Below, in pieces: positions 53,001 through 64,000 of a stretch of DNA of 64,000 bases; positions within the stretch are counted from its first letter, which is position 1, and each line of letters starts with the position of its first letter. This DNA is from Octopus sinensis (taxonomy: Eukaryota): assembly GCF_006345805.1 (NCBI RefSeq), contig NC_043012.1, positions 43,028,001 to 43,092,000 of the forward strand, written 5' to 3'. The position numbers were made by a program, and so were the translations under genes. Below the pieces are notes generated by a model that made no database searches, had not been told where the DNA came from, and was given only the letters and a program-made list of their open reading frames with translations.

Positions 53001-56000
53001 ATATACAATCGGTGCAACCGAAAGTAAGTAATGAAAAGCAGAAAATTAACCCATGTTTTGGATGTGGAGAATTACACCACAGATTAAATTGGCCTTATAA
53101 AAATCGAAAATGCTTCAAGTGTGGTAAAATAGCTTATAAAAAATTACACTGTAAAACAAAACCTAAAAACGGTTCAACAGAAAGATCATGTAAACTGTTT
53201 ATCGGTTACAGGAAATACGAACGTGTCTCAAAGGAAATTTGTGCATGTAAAAATTAAATATACAAATGTAAAATTACAGTTAGATACAGACAGTGACATT
53301 ACTTTAATTAATGAAAGCACATGAAAACAAAAACCTACACTGCAGAAAACATCGAAAATTGCCTGTGATGTCTCTGGGATAAAATTAATTTTTAAAGGCA
53401 AAATTATTTGTAACGTTGCATTTCGCGGTAAGACGACAAAAACCAAAGCTTATGTATGAAAAAATACGGGCAGCCTTTTTAGAACTGACTGGATGGAACT
53501 GTTCGACTTCTGGGAGTTACCTGTAAATAATTTTTCTAAAAATGCACTGGGGTTGCGCGCTAGTTCAAATACTGAGTCAGAAAAAAAAAAAAAATTTTAA
53601 AGAAGCGAAAAGATTGTTCCCTAGTGTTTTCTCGGATGAGTTGGGCCGATGCAATAAATTCAAAGCCAAATTTCAGGTGAAAGAAAATACATTACCAGTT
53701 TTCAAACCCAAACGTAATCTACTGTTTGCAGCACTGGAACAGATAGATAAAGAATCAGACAGACTGGGAAAATGGGAGTTATTGAAAAGATCGATTACTC
53801 AGATTAGGCGAGCCGAAGCGTGTACGTTAAAAAGAATAATAAAGTACGTGTTTGTGCAGATTTCTCGATGAAGCTAAACGAATGTTTAAAACAGCATAAC
53901 TACTCATTACCTAGCCCAGAGAAACTAAATGGTGGTAAATTGTTCTCAAAATTCGATCTGTCTAATGCCTATTTACAGATACAAGTAGAAGACGAATGTT
54001 CTAAGCTACTAACAATTAATACAAGTTTAACCGGCTTCCGTTTTGCATAAAAGTTGCTCTGGCTATATTTCAACAAGTGATGGATACGATGCTTGCAGAG
54101 TGTGACTTCGCGATGGCCTATCTGGATGATGTATTAATTAAAAGTGTATCCCAGGATCAGCATATCGGGCATGTAAAATATGTGTTCGAAAAAATAAGAG
54201 ATTACGACTTCACTTTGAGTGAGAAGTGTGAATTCTTCTTATCTAAAATTAAATATAATATTTACGACAAATCATTGATTAAAAAAATGGTCGTCGACCA
54301 GATCCGTTGAGGGATCTTGCGATTGAAAATATTCCCTCTCCGACAAATATATCTACCTTACAAGCTATTTTGGGACTTCCCAACCATTATCAAATTTATA
54401 TACCAAATATGCATAAGGTAAGAGCCCTACTAAATAATCTACTGAAAAGAGATGTAAAGTGGAATTGGTCTCAAAATTTTCAGAAGGCGTTCGACGAAAT
54501 TAAAAAGATATCAACATCAGATTTGTCTGCAGCACATTTTGATCCTGCAGTGGAGATTGTTGTAACCTCAGATGCTTCTGGGTACGGTATCGGAGCAGTA
54601 ATGCTGCATAAATATAGAGATGGTAACATGAAGGCTGTGGTTTATGCTTCACGTTCGCTACTACCTGCCAAAAAATTATAGCCAAATTGAAAAAGAGGCT
54701 CTAGCGGTTATTTTGCCGTAAAAATTTTCATAGATGTTTATACGATAGAAATGTTCGATTACAGACTGATCATCGTCCATTATTATCTATATATGGGTCG
54801 AAGATAGGAATATCTACCCATACTACTACTAGGTTGCAACGCTGGTGTACTATATTACTAAACTATAATTTTAAGATGGAGTTTATACCACTTAAGAAAC
54901 TAGGACACGCTGATTGTTTATCAAGGCTGATTTCGAAAAATACTGGACTGTTGGAGGACACTGTGATTGCTGCGTTGCTAGCGGAAAAGGAAACTAAAAG
55001 TGTTTTGTGTAATATCATACACGAACTACCAGTTACATTACAAGATATAAAATTAAAATCGGTAAACAATCAATTCATTTAAAAAATGAAAGAAATGCTG
55101 AGGGCTAAAAGAGATAAAATGTACGTTTTGTTGAACGCAAATTCGAACCTGTTCTCGATTTGTGACAATTTGTTAATGTACGCACAAAGAATCGTAGTGT
55201 CAGCCACATTACAGAAGTGATTATTGAAGGAATTTCCCATTGGTCACCCAGGGATTTCAAAAATGAAATTGTTAATGAGATGTTCTGTGTATTGGCCAAG
55301 AATGGACTGTGAGATTGAAGAGTTAGTGAAAGCATGCAGAGGTTGTGCCTTAGCTGCATAGGCACCTCTCACTAAATGGCAACCGTGGCCCAAAAACAGA
55401 TATTCCATGGTCCAGACTGCGTGTTGATTACGCAGGTCCACTTAAATCGTTTTGGTGGACAGTTTTTCAAATTGGGCTGACGTGCATAAAGGTAAAAAGC
55501 CGACATCTGCGATTACAGTAAACTTTTTAAACGAATTCTTCGTCAAATATGGTATTCCTGATACCATTGTGTCTGATAATGAAACCCAGTTTACGAGTTC
55601 AAAAAAGTTTGTAAAATGTTCGTTATCTAACATGTGACCACTCTACCGCATCATCCTTGGTCACATGGACAAGCGGGGCGTTCTGTTGATACTTTTAAGA
55701 GGGCTTTAAAAATGGCGAACAATGAAGTAATGGATTATCTAGCTCTTCAACAATTTCTAAGAGTGTACCGAGTAACACCTAATCCGGATATCCCGTCTGG
55801 AATGTCACTTTTGAATTAATGCTTGCTAGAAATGTCAGATCCGTCATTGATAAGTTGATACCGAGTAAAGGAAGAAAAGTGGCAACAGATATACTTCAAA
55901 ATTCTTCAGCATAGGCGACAAAGTATTTTTTAAAGTCGTATAGACATGGTAATGAAAGCTGGGAATACGGTGTAATTATTAAACAAATTTGAAAAACATT

Positions 56001-56600
56001 ATTCCTGGTAAAAGGAAAAATATTCGAACATAAAAGACATATAAACCAACTTAAATAAAGATGTATGGAAGAAACGGTTATAAGAGATGAAATTCCCATG
56101 GAAGTACTATACGAGACGTTTGAGGTACCAAATCCTAACAAATTGAAACTACACGCTCAAGTAACAGAAAAAAGAAAAAAACGTAAATACTGGAATCAAA
56201 CCCTAAACGTAAAGGATATTAAAACTCTGGACGGAGTTTAATTCTCAAAAAGTGGGAAGTTATAGGAGGCTTATTCTCAAAAACAGGGAGATATTGTGAC
56301 AGGAACTTGACCACCCCCACGTGACCAAAAGTAGACTGACAATAAAATAAAGAAGCAGTGTTAACTGCTGGTAGTTGACAGTCAGCAGTTGACAACGCTT
56401 GTCTTTTGTATCGGATTACTGTGTTAGTTTAATATCGTGCCTATATTTTGCGTGGTATGGAGTACGTTCTGCATAAACATATTAATTCTTCGAAAGGTTA
56501 TTCTAGATAACCATATCCAACATTTATTTGGGTAACACTATTCCTACACCAATCTGCACTCCAACGTCATAACATTATTGGCGACGACATATTCAAACCC
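50011..56600 (+). mobile_element. Ty3/gypsy LTR retrotransposon, decayed (5' LTR split 50011-50106 plus 51971-52190; 3' LTR about 56295-56578)
   Basis: TGTG LTR starts, PBS TGGCGGCGAG, and purine tract AAAACAGGGAG. Gag CCHC knuckles (CFGCGELH, CFKCGK), protease LDTDSDIT, RT KFDLSNAYLQ and YLDD, RNase H TSDASGYGIGAV, integrase VDSFSNW and IVSDNETQF. Confidence 0.92.
50107..51970 (+). mobile_element. ORF1/gag-only retroelement (HAL1-like), element 2, inserted in the gypsy 5' LTR
   Basis: TSD AGTTGACAGTC / AGTCGACAGTC. Broken ORF with RGRKYGTVEV and LLPTYCGKRVARMRVGKLP, homologous to element 1. AATAAA at the 3' end and no RT. Confidence 0.75.
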
Positions 56601-56849
56601 CTGAAGATATAACAAAAATATTGTCTGTAAATGTAATGCCAAAAACACTCGTCCATCAGAGTATATATAGGATTCACCAGATTTAATCCATCACCCATAT
56701 AAATTCCAGACTCCTGAAAAGAGAAGTACCACTTCACTCTACAGACATATTTGACATCGATTTTTTGTTTAATAGTTCTTCGCAGTGAATAGTATATCGA
56801 AACTTTCAGCCGTATATAAATTACAGGAGATTTCCAAATTCTTCTAAAC

Positions 56850-57700
56850 CACTACTTTCCACTTCCCTCATAGCCTCCCAACATCTTATGTAGCCTCTTA
56901 TTTCTCTTACTTACCAAAAGTACTTAATACTACCCACACCTTTGGATACTAACCTGTCAACCCTTACTCCCTCCCAATTCACTTCCCTCTGTTCAATTTC
57001 ATACAATTCTGCAAACCATTGCACTCCCCCTCCAGCACCAACCCAATCCCTCTGACCCATTAACCACTGCTATATTGACTATAACCCACCCCACTCTATC
57101 CACCCCTCAATCTTCTCTCATACCTCTCTACATACCTTAGTAATCTCCTTCAGCCACTGACCCAGCTAAAACTTATTTCCCTCAAATAACGGCCATTTCC
57201 TTTCTCACTCTCTCAACCATCAACTCTATAACCTTCATACAAACTAACACAATAAACTACCATTTACACACTACCTACAACACCCTCCCCCTTCCTTCCA
57301 CTTTCCATGTCTACTACTTTAACTCCCTATCATTAACCCCTCACTCTTGATATTTATTTTCTCCTCCCACTATTCTCCATCTAAAAACGTCACCAACTCC
57401 CCCTCTAATACACTTAACTCTCCACAAAATCATTCCATCTTGTTTCCTCTAGCACCTCAAATGTAAGATCTCTTCGCTGAAGACAGAGGTTCGTTTCATC
57501 CTATGATGGAACCAAATTTACAAATACTATTTTGAACTGCCGAGTCCCCAGAAACAGCTGTTGGATTTGTAATACTTTTCTTTAACCCCTTTAATCCTCT
57601 ATTTCACTTGTATTCTGTGTAAGTCAGACCTTTTTGCATGTAAACGTATACATTTTTGTATATATATTGTTTTGCATTTCATGTATTAATATAATAAAAC
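56850..57700 (+). mobile_element. C-rich decayed PLE remnant with a hammerhead relic at 57477-57565
   Basis: YLPKVLN (YLPKIHK-like), with composition similar to the 19953 element. Confidence 0.45.
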
Positions 57701-57711
57701 TTTATATATTT

Positions 57712-57939
57712 ATTTCTTTATTGCCCACAGGGGGCTAAACATAGAGAGGACAAATAAGGACAAAGAGATTAAGTCGATTACATCGACCTCATTGCGTAAC
57801 TGGTACTTATTTTGTCGACCCCGAAAAGATGAAAGGCAAAGTCGACCTCGGTGGAATTTAAACTCAGAACGTAAAGACAGACGAAATATTGCTAAGCATT
57901 TCACCCGGCGTGCTAACGTTTCTGCCAACACGCCGCCTT
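57712..57939 (-). mobile_element. second SINE family, near full copy
   Basis: Minus strand GGCGGCGTGTTGGCAGAAACGTTAGCACGCCGGG...GAGTTTAAATTCCACCGAGGTCGACTTTGCC. Confidence 0.85.
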
Positions 57940-58007
57940 ATATAAAACTTTATATAATGATCTGTCTAAGTTGCTTATTCCTACATTTATTTCTCTCTCT
58001 CTTTCTT

Positions 58008-58077
<70 letters not shown>

Positions 58078-59467
58078 GCACACACGCACACACACATACA
58101 CACACACACATACACACTACTATGTATATGCACGCATATGCTTATACATATATACATACATATATATATATATAAGGTTAAACAATATAGACACATAACA
58201 AAAATTCACGGAATACAAAATAAATTCGTAAATTGCTGTTTAAAACGTTGCCTGATAACTTCATTTATGGTAACCATCTCTTCTCTTTCTTTACAATAAT
58301 TCAGTAAGCTTGTTTGGTTCACATATAGTGTTTATCATACGTTTGTGAATTCTAAGTATTTCCTTCTTGCTTCATTGTTTAGTTCTACAGACTTGTTTAT
58401 TTCTATGCCATTCCGGTATCTCTGTCCCTCTCACACTCGCAATGTGGTTTCCTTCCTCAATCAGAGATTATTATCTATGACTCAAACTTATCTGTTTTAC
58501 ATGAAGCAAAACATATAATACCAGAAGACTTCACATGGCAGCGGACGTGACCGACTGCTGAGCTTCCCTTAATGTCTTAAATTTTATCTCTACGCAAGCT
58601 AGTCCTAAAACCCACTCCATGTCCTTTTTCTATCATCTGCCAATGAGCAAAAGTATAGACTGCCGATAGAAATATGTTGTGATTTCACCGATAAGTAGTG
58701 CATGAAAGTCCTGATAAGCTTAAAGATACTGAAAATAAAGAAAATATTGGGTGGAAAAACTAAAGATGTAGCTAAAAATAAAAATGAAACAGTTGCAAAA
58801 GAAAAAAGAACACCCAAAAGATGTTTCAAAATGAAACAAAAGTAGAATGACATAAATATTTACTGAAATAAGGAAAAAAGAGAACTAACTGAAATACGGG
58901 TTGGTTATTCTGAATAACGAAGCAAACCAGAGGATTATGGGGACAGTATTCGAACTTGACAGCGTGCTTAACGCCAAACGTCTTAATGACTTGGCTACAA
59001 TTAAATCACCAGGTTGTACTGGTGAAAATTTAAGTCTTGGTATGTAGTGTTGTGCTTACAATGCTACAAGAGAATTTCAGTCTTATCACATCAACTGCTT
59101 TATTATTCATTGTTTTGCCTAATTCTAATATGTTTTATCAAACGCGTAGAGAGGCATAGCCACACAATTGATACTTATCTAATGAAGAAACCTCTTAATC
59201 TTCCGTCCTAAATTATGTGACGACTGATGGGAAGTGGAGTGCCGATCTAGTTGTAGTGTGGAGCGTTATGTATGGAAAATGTTTCCACGGATAGTGTTTT
59301 AGGTAACAAGTATATTTCATTTTACTATCGGGACTCGTGAACATTTCACGGAATTAATGGTAAACCTTTTGGGTTATTTCTGAAAACTTTATTCGAAAAA
59401 CTTGAAAGTGTAGCCTGTGTTGTATCTGTATCGAAAGATAGTTGCTCATCTGCTACTCATTGAAAAG

Positions 59468-59815
59468 TGAAAGAAATTGGAATACGATGGTTACTTAAAG
59501 CACTTTATATACTTTATGCGCAATTTTGTAGACATTATTACAAAACACTCATAAAATAAATATTCACTCTTATTTTTCCACTTCTTCTATAAACAACAAC
59601 AAAATATCACGTAAATAAGCGTGAATATTTCACGGAGTCATATGTACGGGATATTTTTTTGTTTATAGGGGAAATGGAAAATAAGAGTGAAGTTTTATTT
59701 TATGAGTGCTGTGTATTATGTCTATAAAATTGTGCATAAAGTATATAAAGTGTGTATATATAAAGTGTGTATATATAAAGTGCATTAAGTAACCACCGTA
59801 TTCCAGTTTCTTTCA
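59468..59815. repeat. foldback/MITE-like inverted repeat with arms of about 145-170 bp
   Basis: 59468-59613 is the reverse complement of 59645-59815. The right arm has an extra tandem duplication. Confidence 0.8.
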
Positions 59816-60482
59816 TTTATGCGCACGCGTTAAGTGATAGGTAATATAAAACACTTAGTGCAATTAAAAAATACTTTTCACTATCCAATCATCATCACCA
59901 CCACCACCACCACCACCACTACCACCTCTCTCTTTTCTTCTCTCTCTCTTTTCTTCCTCTCTCTCCCCCCCTCTTACTCCCTTTTTTCCCCCTCTGCCTT
60001 TCTTTAACCCCACCATCAGAATATCACCCCTCTGCTAAAAATATTTCTAACGCCGTTAACTTTTTTAATCATGTAATAAATATTACGTTTCATCTACTTC
60101 ATATCGTGGACGCTTCTTTCTCCCCTTTTCTCCCTTCTATCTCACTCTTCACCTTATCCTCTTTTCTTTTTTCTTTTTCTTTCTGCTCTCCTTCCCTTCA
60201 ATTAATCACGTGAAAGCGTTACCGACGGGCTAAGTAACGCAATGATAAACAGAATTATTATAAGATAGAAATGAAGAAATTAGCACCAACTACTAAAATA
60301 ATTTATTATTACGCCCTTCTTAATCTATCTCACTCAGTATATGCATACATACATATGTGTGTGTGCGTGTGTGTGTGTATGTGTGTGTGTGTGTGTGTTG
60401 TGTGTGTGTGTGGTGTGTGTGTGAGTGTGTGTCTGTATATTATATATATATATATATACATACACACACACACACACGCGCG

Positions 60483-60722
60483 CGAGGGGGTGATGAAAAG
60501 ATCCTGGCTTTGAGTAAAAGAAAATACAGGAGGATCGTTTAACTATGATTTTATTCAGTATATTTCTCTCTCAGATTCACACACTTATTGCAGCGGTCCT
60601 TCAGTTCTTCTAATCTCTGTAAAAGGGCTTTTCTAAGCCCTGTAAAAGAACTCGGAAGGTTGGACCTCCAGACAGGTCTTTCGTGATATCCTTAAAGCCA
60701 GGAACTTTTCAGCACTTCTTCG
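60483..60722. mobile_element. 240-bp mariner-derived MITE
   Basis: TIRs CGAGGGGGTGATGAAAAGATCCTGGCT and AGCCAGGAACTTTTCAGCACTTCTTCG-TA. Confidence 0.8.
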
Positions 60723-60737
60723 TATATATCTATATAT

Positions 60738-61012
60738 TTTTTTTGCTTTAGCTATTTGACTGCGGTGATGCTACAACACCGCCTTGAAGGGTTTTACTCG
60801 AACAAACCGACCCTAGGACTTATTATTTTATGAAGCCTAGTACTTCTATCGGTCTCTTTGGCCGAACCACTATGTCACGGGGACGTAAGCACATCATCAC
60901 CGGTTGTCAAGCGGTGGTAGGGAGAAACACAGACACACCCATATAGATATATACATATACATACATATATGACGGGCCTCTTTCAGTTTCCGTCTATCGA
61001 ATCCACTCACAC
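60738..61012 (-). mobile_element. tRNA-SINE family fragment
   Basis: Reverse complement of the 5993/36216 body and tail. Confidence 0.8.
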
Positions 61013-61014
61013 GT

Positions 61015-61460
61015 GCTGTAATCATCATGGACTCAGAACAATGCATAAACACTACTCTAACCCTCCTTCAAGACAATACCTACTACGAAAAAAATCAACT
61101 ACAGTCGATCCAAAACAATAACAAAGCTTTACCGCACTTATCCATCAGTTCCAACAAGATTTAACGGAAAAGGAAAGGGAATACTTAACAAGATTTGACT
61201 ACAAAACCAGCAACTTTTACGGACTTACAAAAATCAACAAAAGTGAAAACATAAATGAAACCCGTAACAGATCAACTTCTTTAGTCATTAATATCCCACA
61301 TCCGAGAGATCTCAAAATGAAGTCAATTGTGGCCGGTCCTTTCTGTGTGACACACAGGTTCAGTAACTTTATTGTCGTCCTCCTAAAACATGTTCTTCAG
61401 CTAACTGATCTTCATAAGAGATGACCTGGAGTTTTTAAACTATCTCCCACGCAAAACCAG
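61015..61460 (+). mobile_element. PLE RT fragment
   Basis: YLTRFDYKTSNFYGLTKINKS...IVAGPFCVTHRFSNFI...[12 protein letters not shown]. Confidence 0.8.
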
Positions 61461-61675
61461 TATAAAGATATCTCTCTCTCTCTATATATATATAGATATA
61501 TATATATATAGATATATATATATAGATATATAGATATATAGATATAGATATATATATAGATATATAGATATAGATATATATATAGATATAGATATAGATA
61601 TATATATATATAGATATAGATATATATAGATATAGATATATATATATATATATAGATATAAATATATAGATATAA

Positions 61676-61707
<32 letters not shown>

Positions 61708-61914
61708 GGTATATATATATATATATAGGTATATATATATATATATATAGGTATATATATATATAGGTATATATAATATATATAGGTATATATAGGTATA
61801 TATATATAGGTATATATATGTATATATATATATGTATATATAGATATATATATATAGATATATGTATATATAGATATATGTATATATAGATATATGTATA
61901 TATAGATAGATGTA

Positions 61915-61947
<33 letters not shown>

Positions 61948-62046
61948 GATATATGTATATATAGATATTATATATAGATATATGTATATATAGATATATA
62001 TATATAGATATATGTATATATAGATATATGTATATATAGATATATG

Positions 62047-62112
<66 letters not shown>

Positions 62113-62130
62113 GTATATATATTGCTATAT
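61460..62130. repeat. compound (TA)/(GATATA)/(GGTATA) microsatellite
   Basis: Direct reading of the sequence. Confidence 0.95.
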
Positions 62131-62239
62131 TTCGGAATGGTCATATTGCCAGTTAGCCAATAAAAACACACGCACTATATATTTGGTGTTATTTGGCTTC
62201 AGTGATATTTATTTTTTACATTAATCTTAATCTTATTTC

Positions 62240-63190
62240 GGCCAAAGTTCTTTCGTCACACTCCTGTGACCGCATCAGTGGTCCTTTGTTTTTGTTTTCT
62301 TCTCACTTATTTGTGTCTCTCCTTACTAACCGTCAGCCATTTGTATTCTATTGTATGTCTTCATTTGCGCATGCTTATATCTCTATGTGCGTCTATGTTT
62401 ATTAGTGTGTGGTGTGGGGGATGCCTGTAATATTTGTATTCTTCTGGTATATACATTCTTGTAATTTGTATTGTTTTGTTGTTGTTGCGTTTGTTCTAAT
62501 TTTAATTTTTATTCTAATTTTGTTCATGTGTTTACATCCACCCATTATTATCATTACATATGCTTGTATGTATGTATAACAACAATATTAGTAATAATAA
62601 TAATAAATCTAATCGAAAAAAAAATATATATATATATACACACACACATATATACACATATACATATATACATATATACACATATACATACATAGATATA
62701 TATACATATATATAGTTATTCATTTCTATTTGTTTATTTATCTGTGTATTTATTATGTTTTCAGGATCCTCTATCGTCATATGTTGTGGTGTGTGCTATT
62801 GCTCCATTCTAGTTTTCTATTCAGGCTAGGTTTATTTTCTATTATATGTGTAGCCTCTGTAATTTGTCTAATTGTTGCATCTGTTCTATGTGTGGACAAT
62901 ATCTTAATCTCTATGTTATTGATTGATTCTCCGTGTTCCTGTTCGGCGTGTTGGTACAGAATCGATGAGCTTTTACCTTCCTTGAGTTGTCTCCAATGTT
63001 CATTCACCCGCTCTCCAATGCTTCTTGCTGTTTCCCCTACGTATGTTACTGTCTTGTTACTGCATCGTCCCTCTATACATCTTATACTATAGACTACATT
63101 TCTGGCTTTACAGTTTGTTTGTGGGCTAAATCTACATACAGTGCAATAGTTATCCGTACAACAAATATTAAACGTACTATGTATATATAG
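62240..63190 (-). mobile_element. PLE 3' end (GIY-YIG) with a hammerhead-like motif at 62240-62284
   Basis: TYVGETARSIGERVNEH...LYQHAEQEH...RQITEA...PSLNRK. Minus strand GGACCA CTGATGC G GTCAC-AGGAGT-GTGAC GAAA GAAC TT/ TGG. Confidence 0.8.
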
Positions 63191-63241
63191 ATATAGATAT
63201 ATATGTTATATTATATATATATATATATATATATATCTATA

Positions 63242-63341
63242 NNNNNNNNNNNNNNNNNNNNNNNNNNNNNNNNNNNNNNNNNNNNNNNNNNNNNNNNNNN
63301 NNNNNNNNNNNNNNNNNNNNNNNNNNNNNNNNNNNNNNNNN
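63242..63341. other. assembly gap (100 N)
   Basis: Run of N. Confidence 1.
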
Positions 63342-64000
63342 AATGACTGAAACGAGTAAAAGTATATATAAGGATATAGTATGTATGTTGTATGTATCAA
63401 AGCGAAGAAAAGGGATTAAGAGTCGTCAGAGAAAGGAAAACGTAAAGTACTGAATTTATGATGTCCATTTACATGGCAGGTCAGACATAGGAATGTATGT
63501 ATATATATATATGTATATATATAGTACATAAGTAGTTCATTTTTGGTATGGTTTCATGTTTGAAATATGTTATAGAAAGAGCAAAAATTACATCTTATGG
63601 TGTTTGTTTGTTAATTAACCAACATGTTTGAGGTTCTAGGTTTGTTGTTCCTAGTGATGTTGCCATGTTATGTACGGTTGTTCTATAGGTTTTGTTCAAT
63701 ACGTTTAGTTCGTTAGTTCTGTTACAGTTTTTTAATCGTAATGTCTTTTGTGGGATGTATTTATTAATTTTTTGTTTATAAGTTAATACTATCTTATATT
63801 CGATGTTGTTATTCACAATAACAAGCATATTATGCTCATATTTCGCTTCTTCCTCTTGTCTATTGATTCCCATGCAGCGTTTATGTCTTTAATGCTATTA
63901 ACACCACCAGATTAAATGGTACTGCCCAGGTGATACTGGCGGGCAACTGAAGATGGGAATATATGTTTCATATATTTGTGAATTTTTTTTCATATGTCTT

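Overview
AT-rich eukaryotic DNA dense in microsatellites, with no recognisable host gene exons. The SINE families and repeat load suggest a cephalopod, probably Octopus (inference). Nearly all of it is nested, decayed transposon sequence: mariner, Tc1 and hAT DNA elements and MITEs; R4/Dong-like non-LTR copies in (TAA)n tracts; HERO-, RTE- and Tx1-like LINE fragments; a Ty3/gypsy element; tRNA-derived SINEs; and about ten Penelope-like element (PLE) fragments. There is one 100-N assembly gap. Two things stand out. (1) There is a set of type I hammerhead-ribozyme folds, mostly with non-canonical cores (U3-A8 compensated, U4C in three unrelated repeats, enlarged stem II). They include a 362-bp retrozyme-like unit and a palindrome carrying a hammerhead on both strands. 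(2) Two divergent retroelements, each bounded by a target-site duplication (TSD), encode only a gag/ORF1-like protein and share a conserved 3' motif. All calls were made by eye; no alignments, folding programs or database searches were run.
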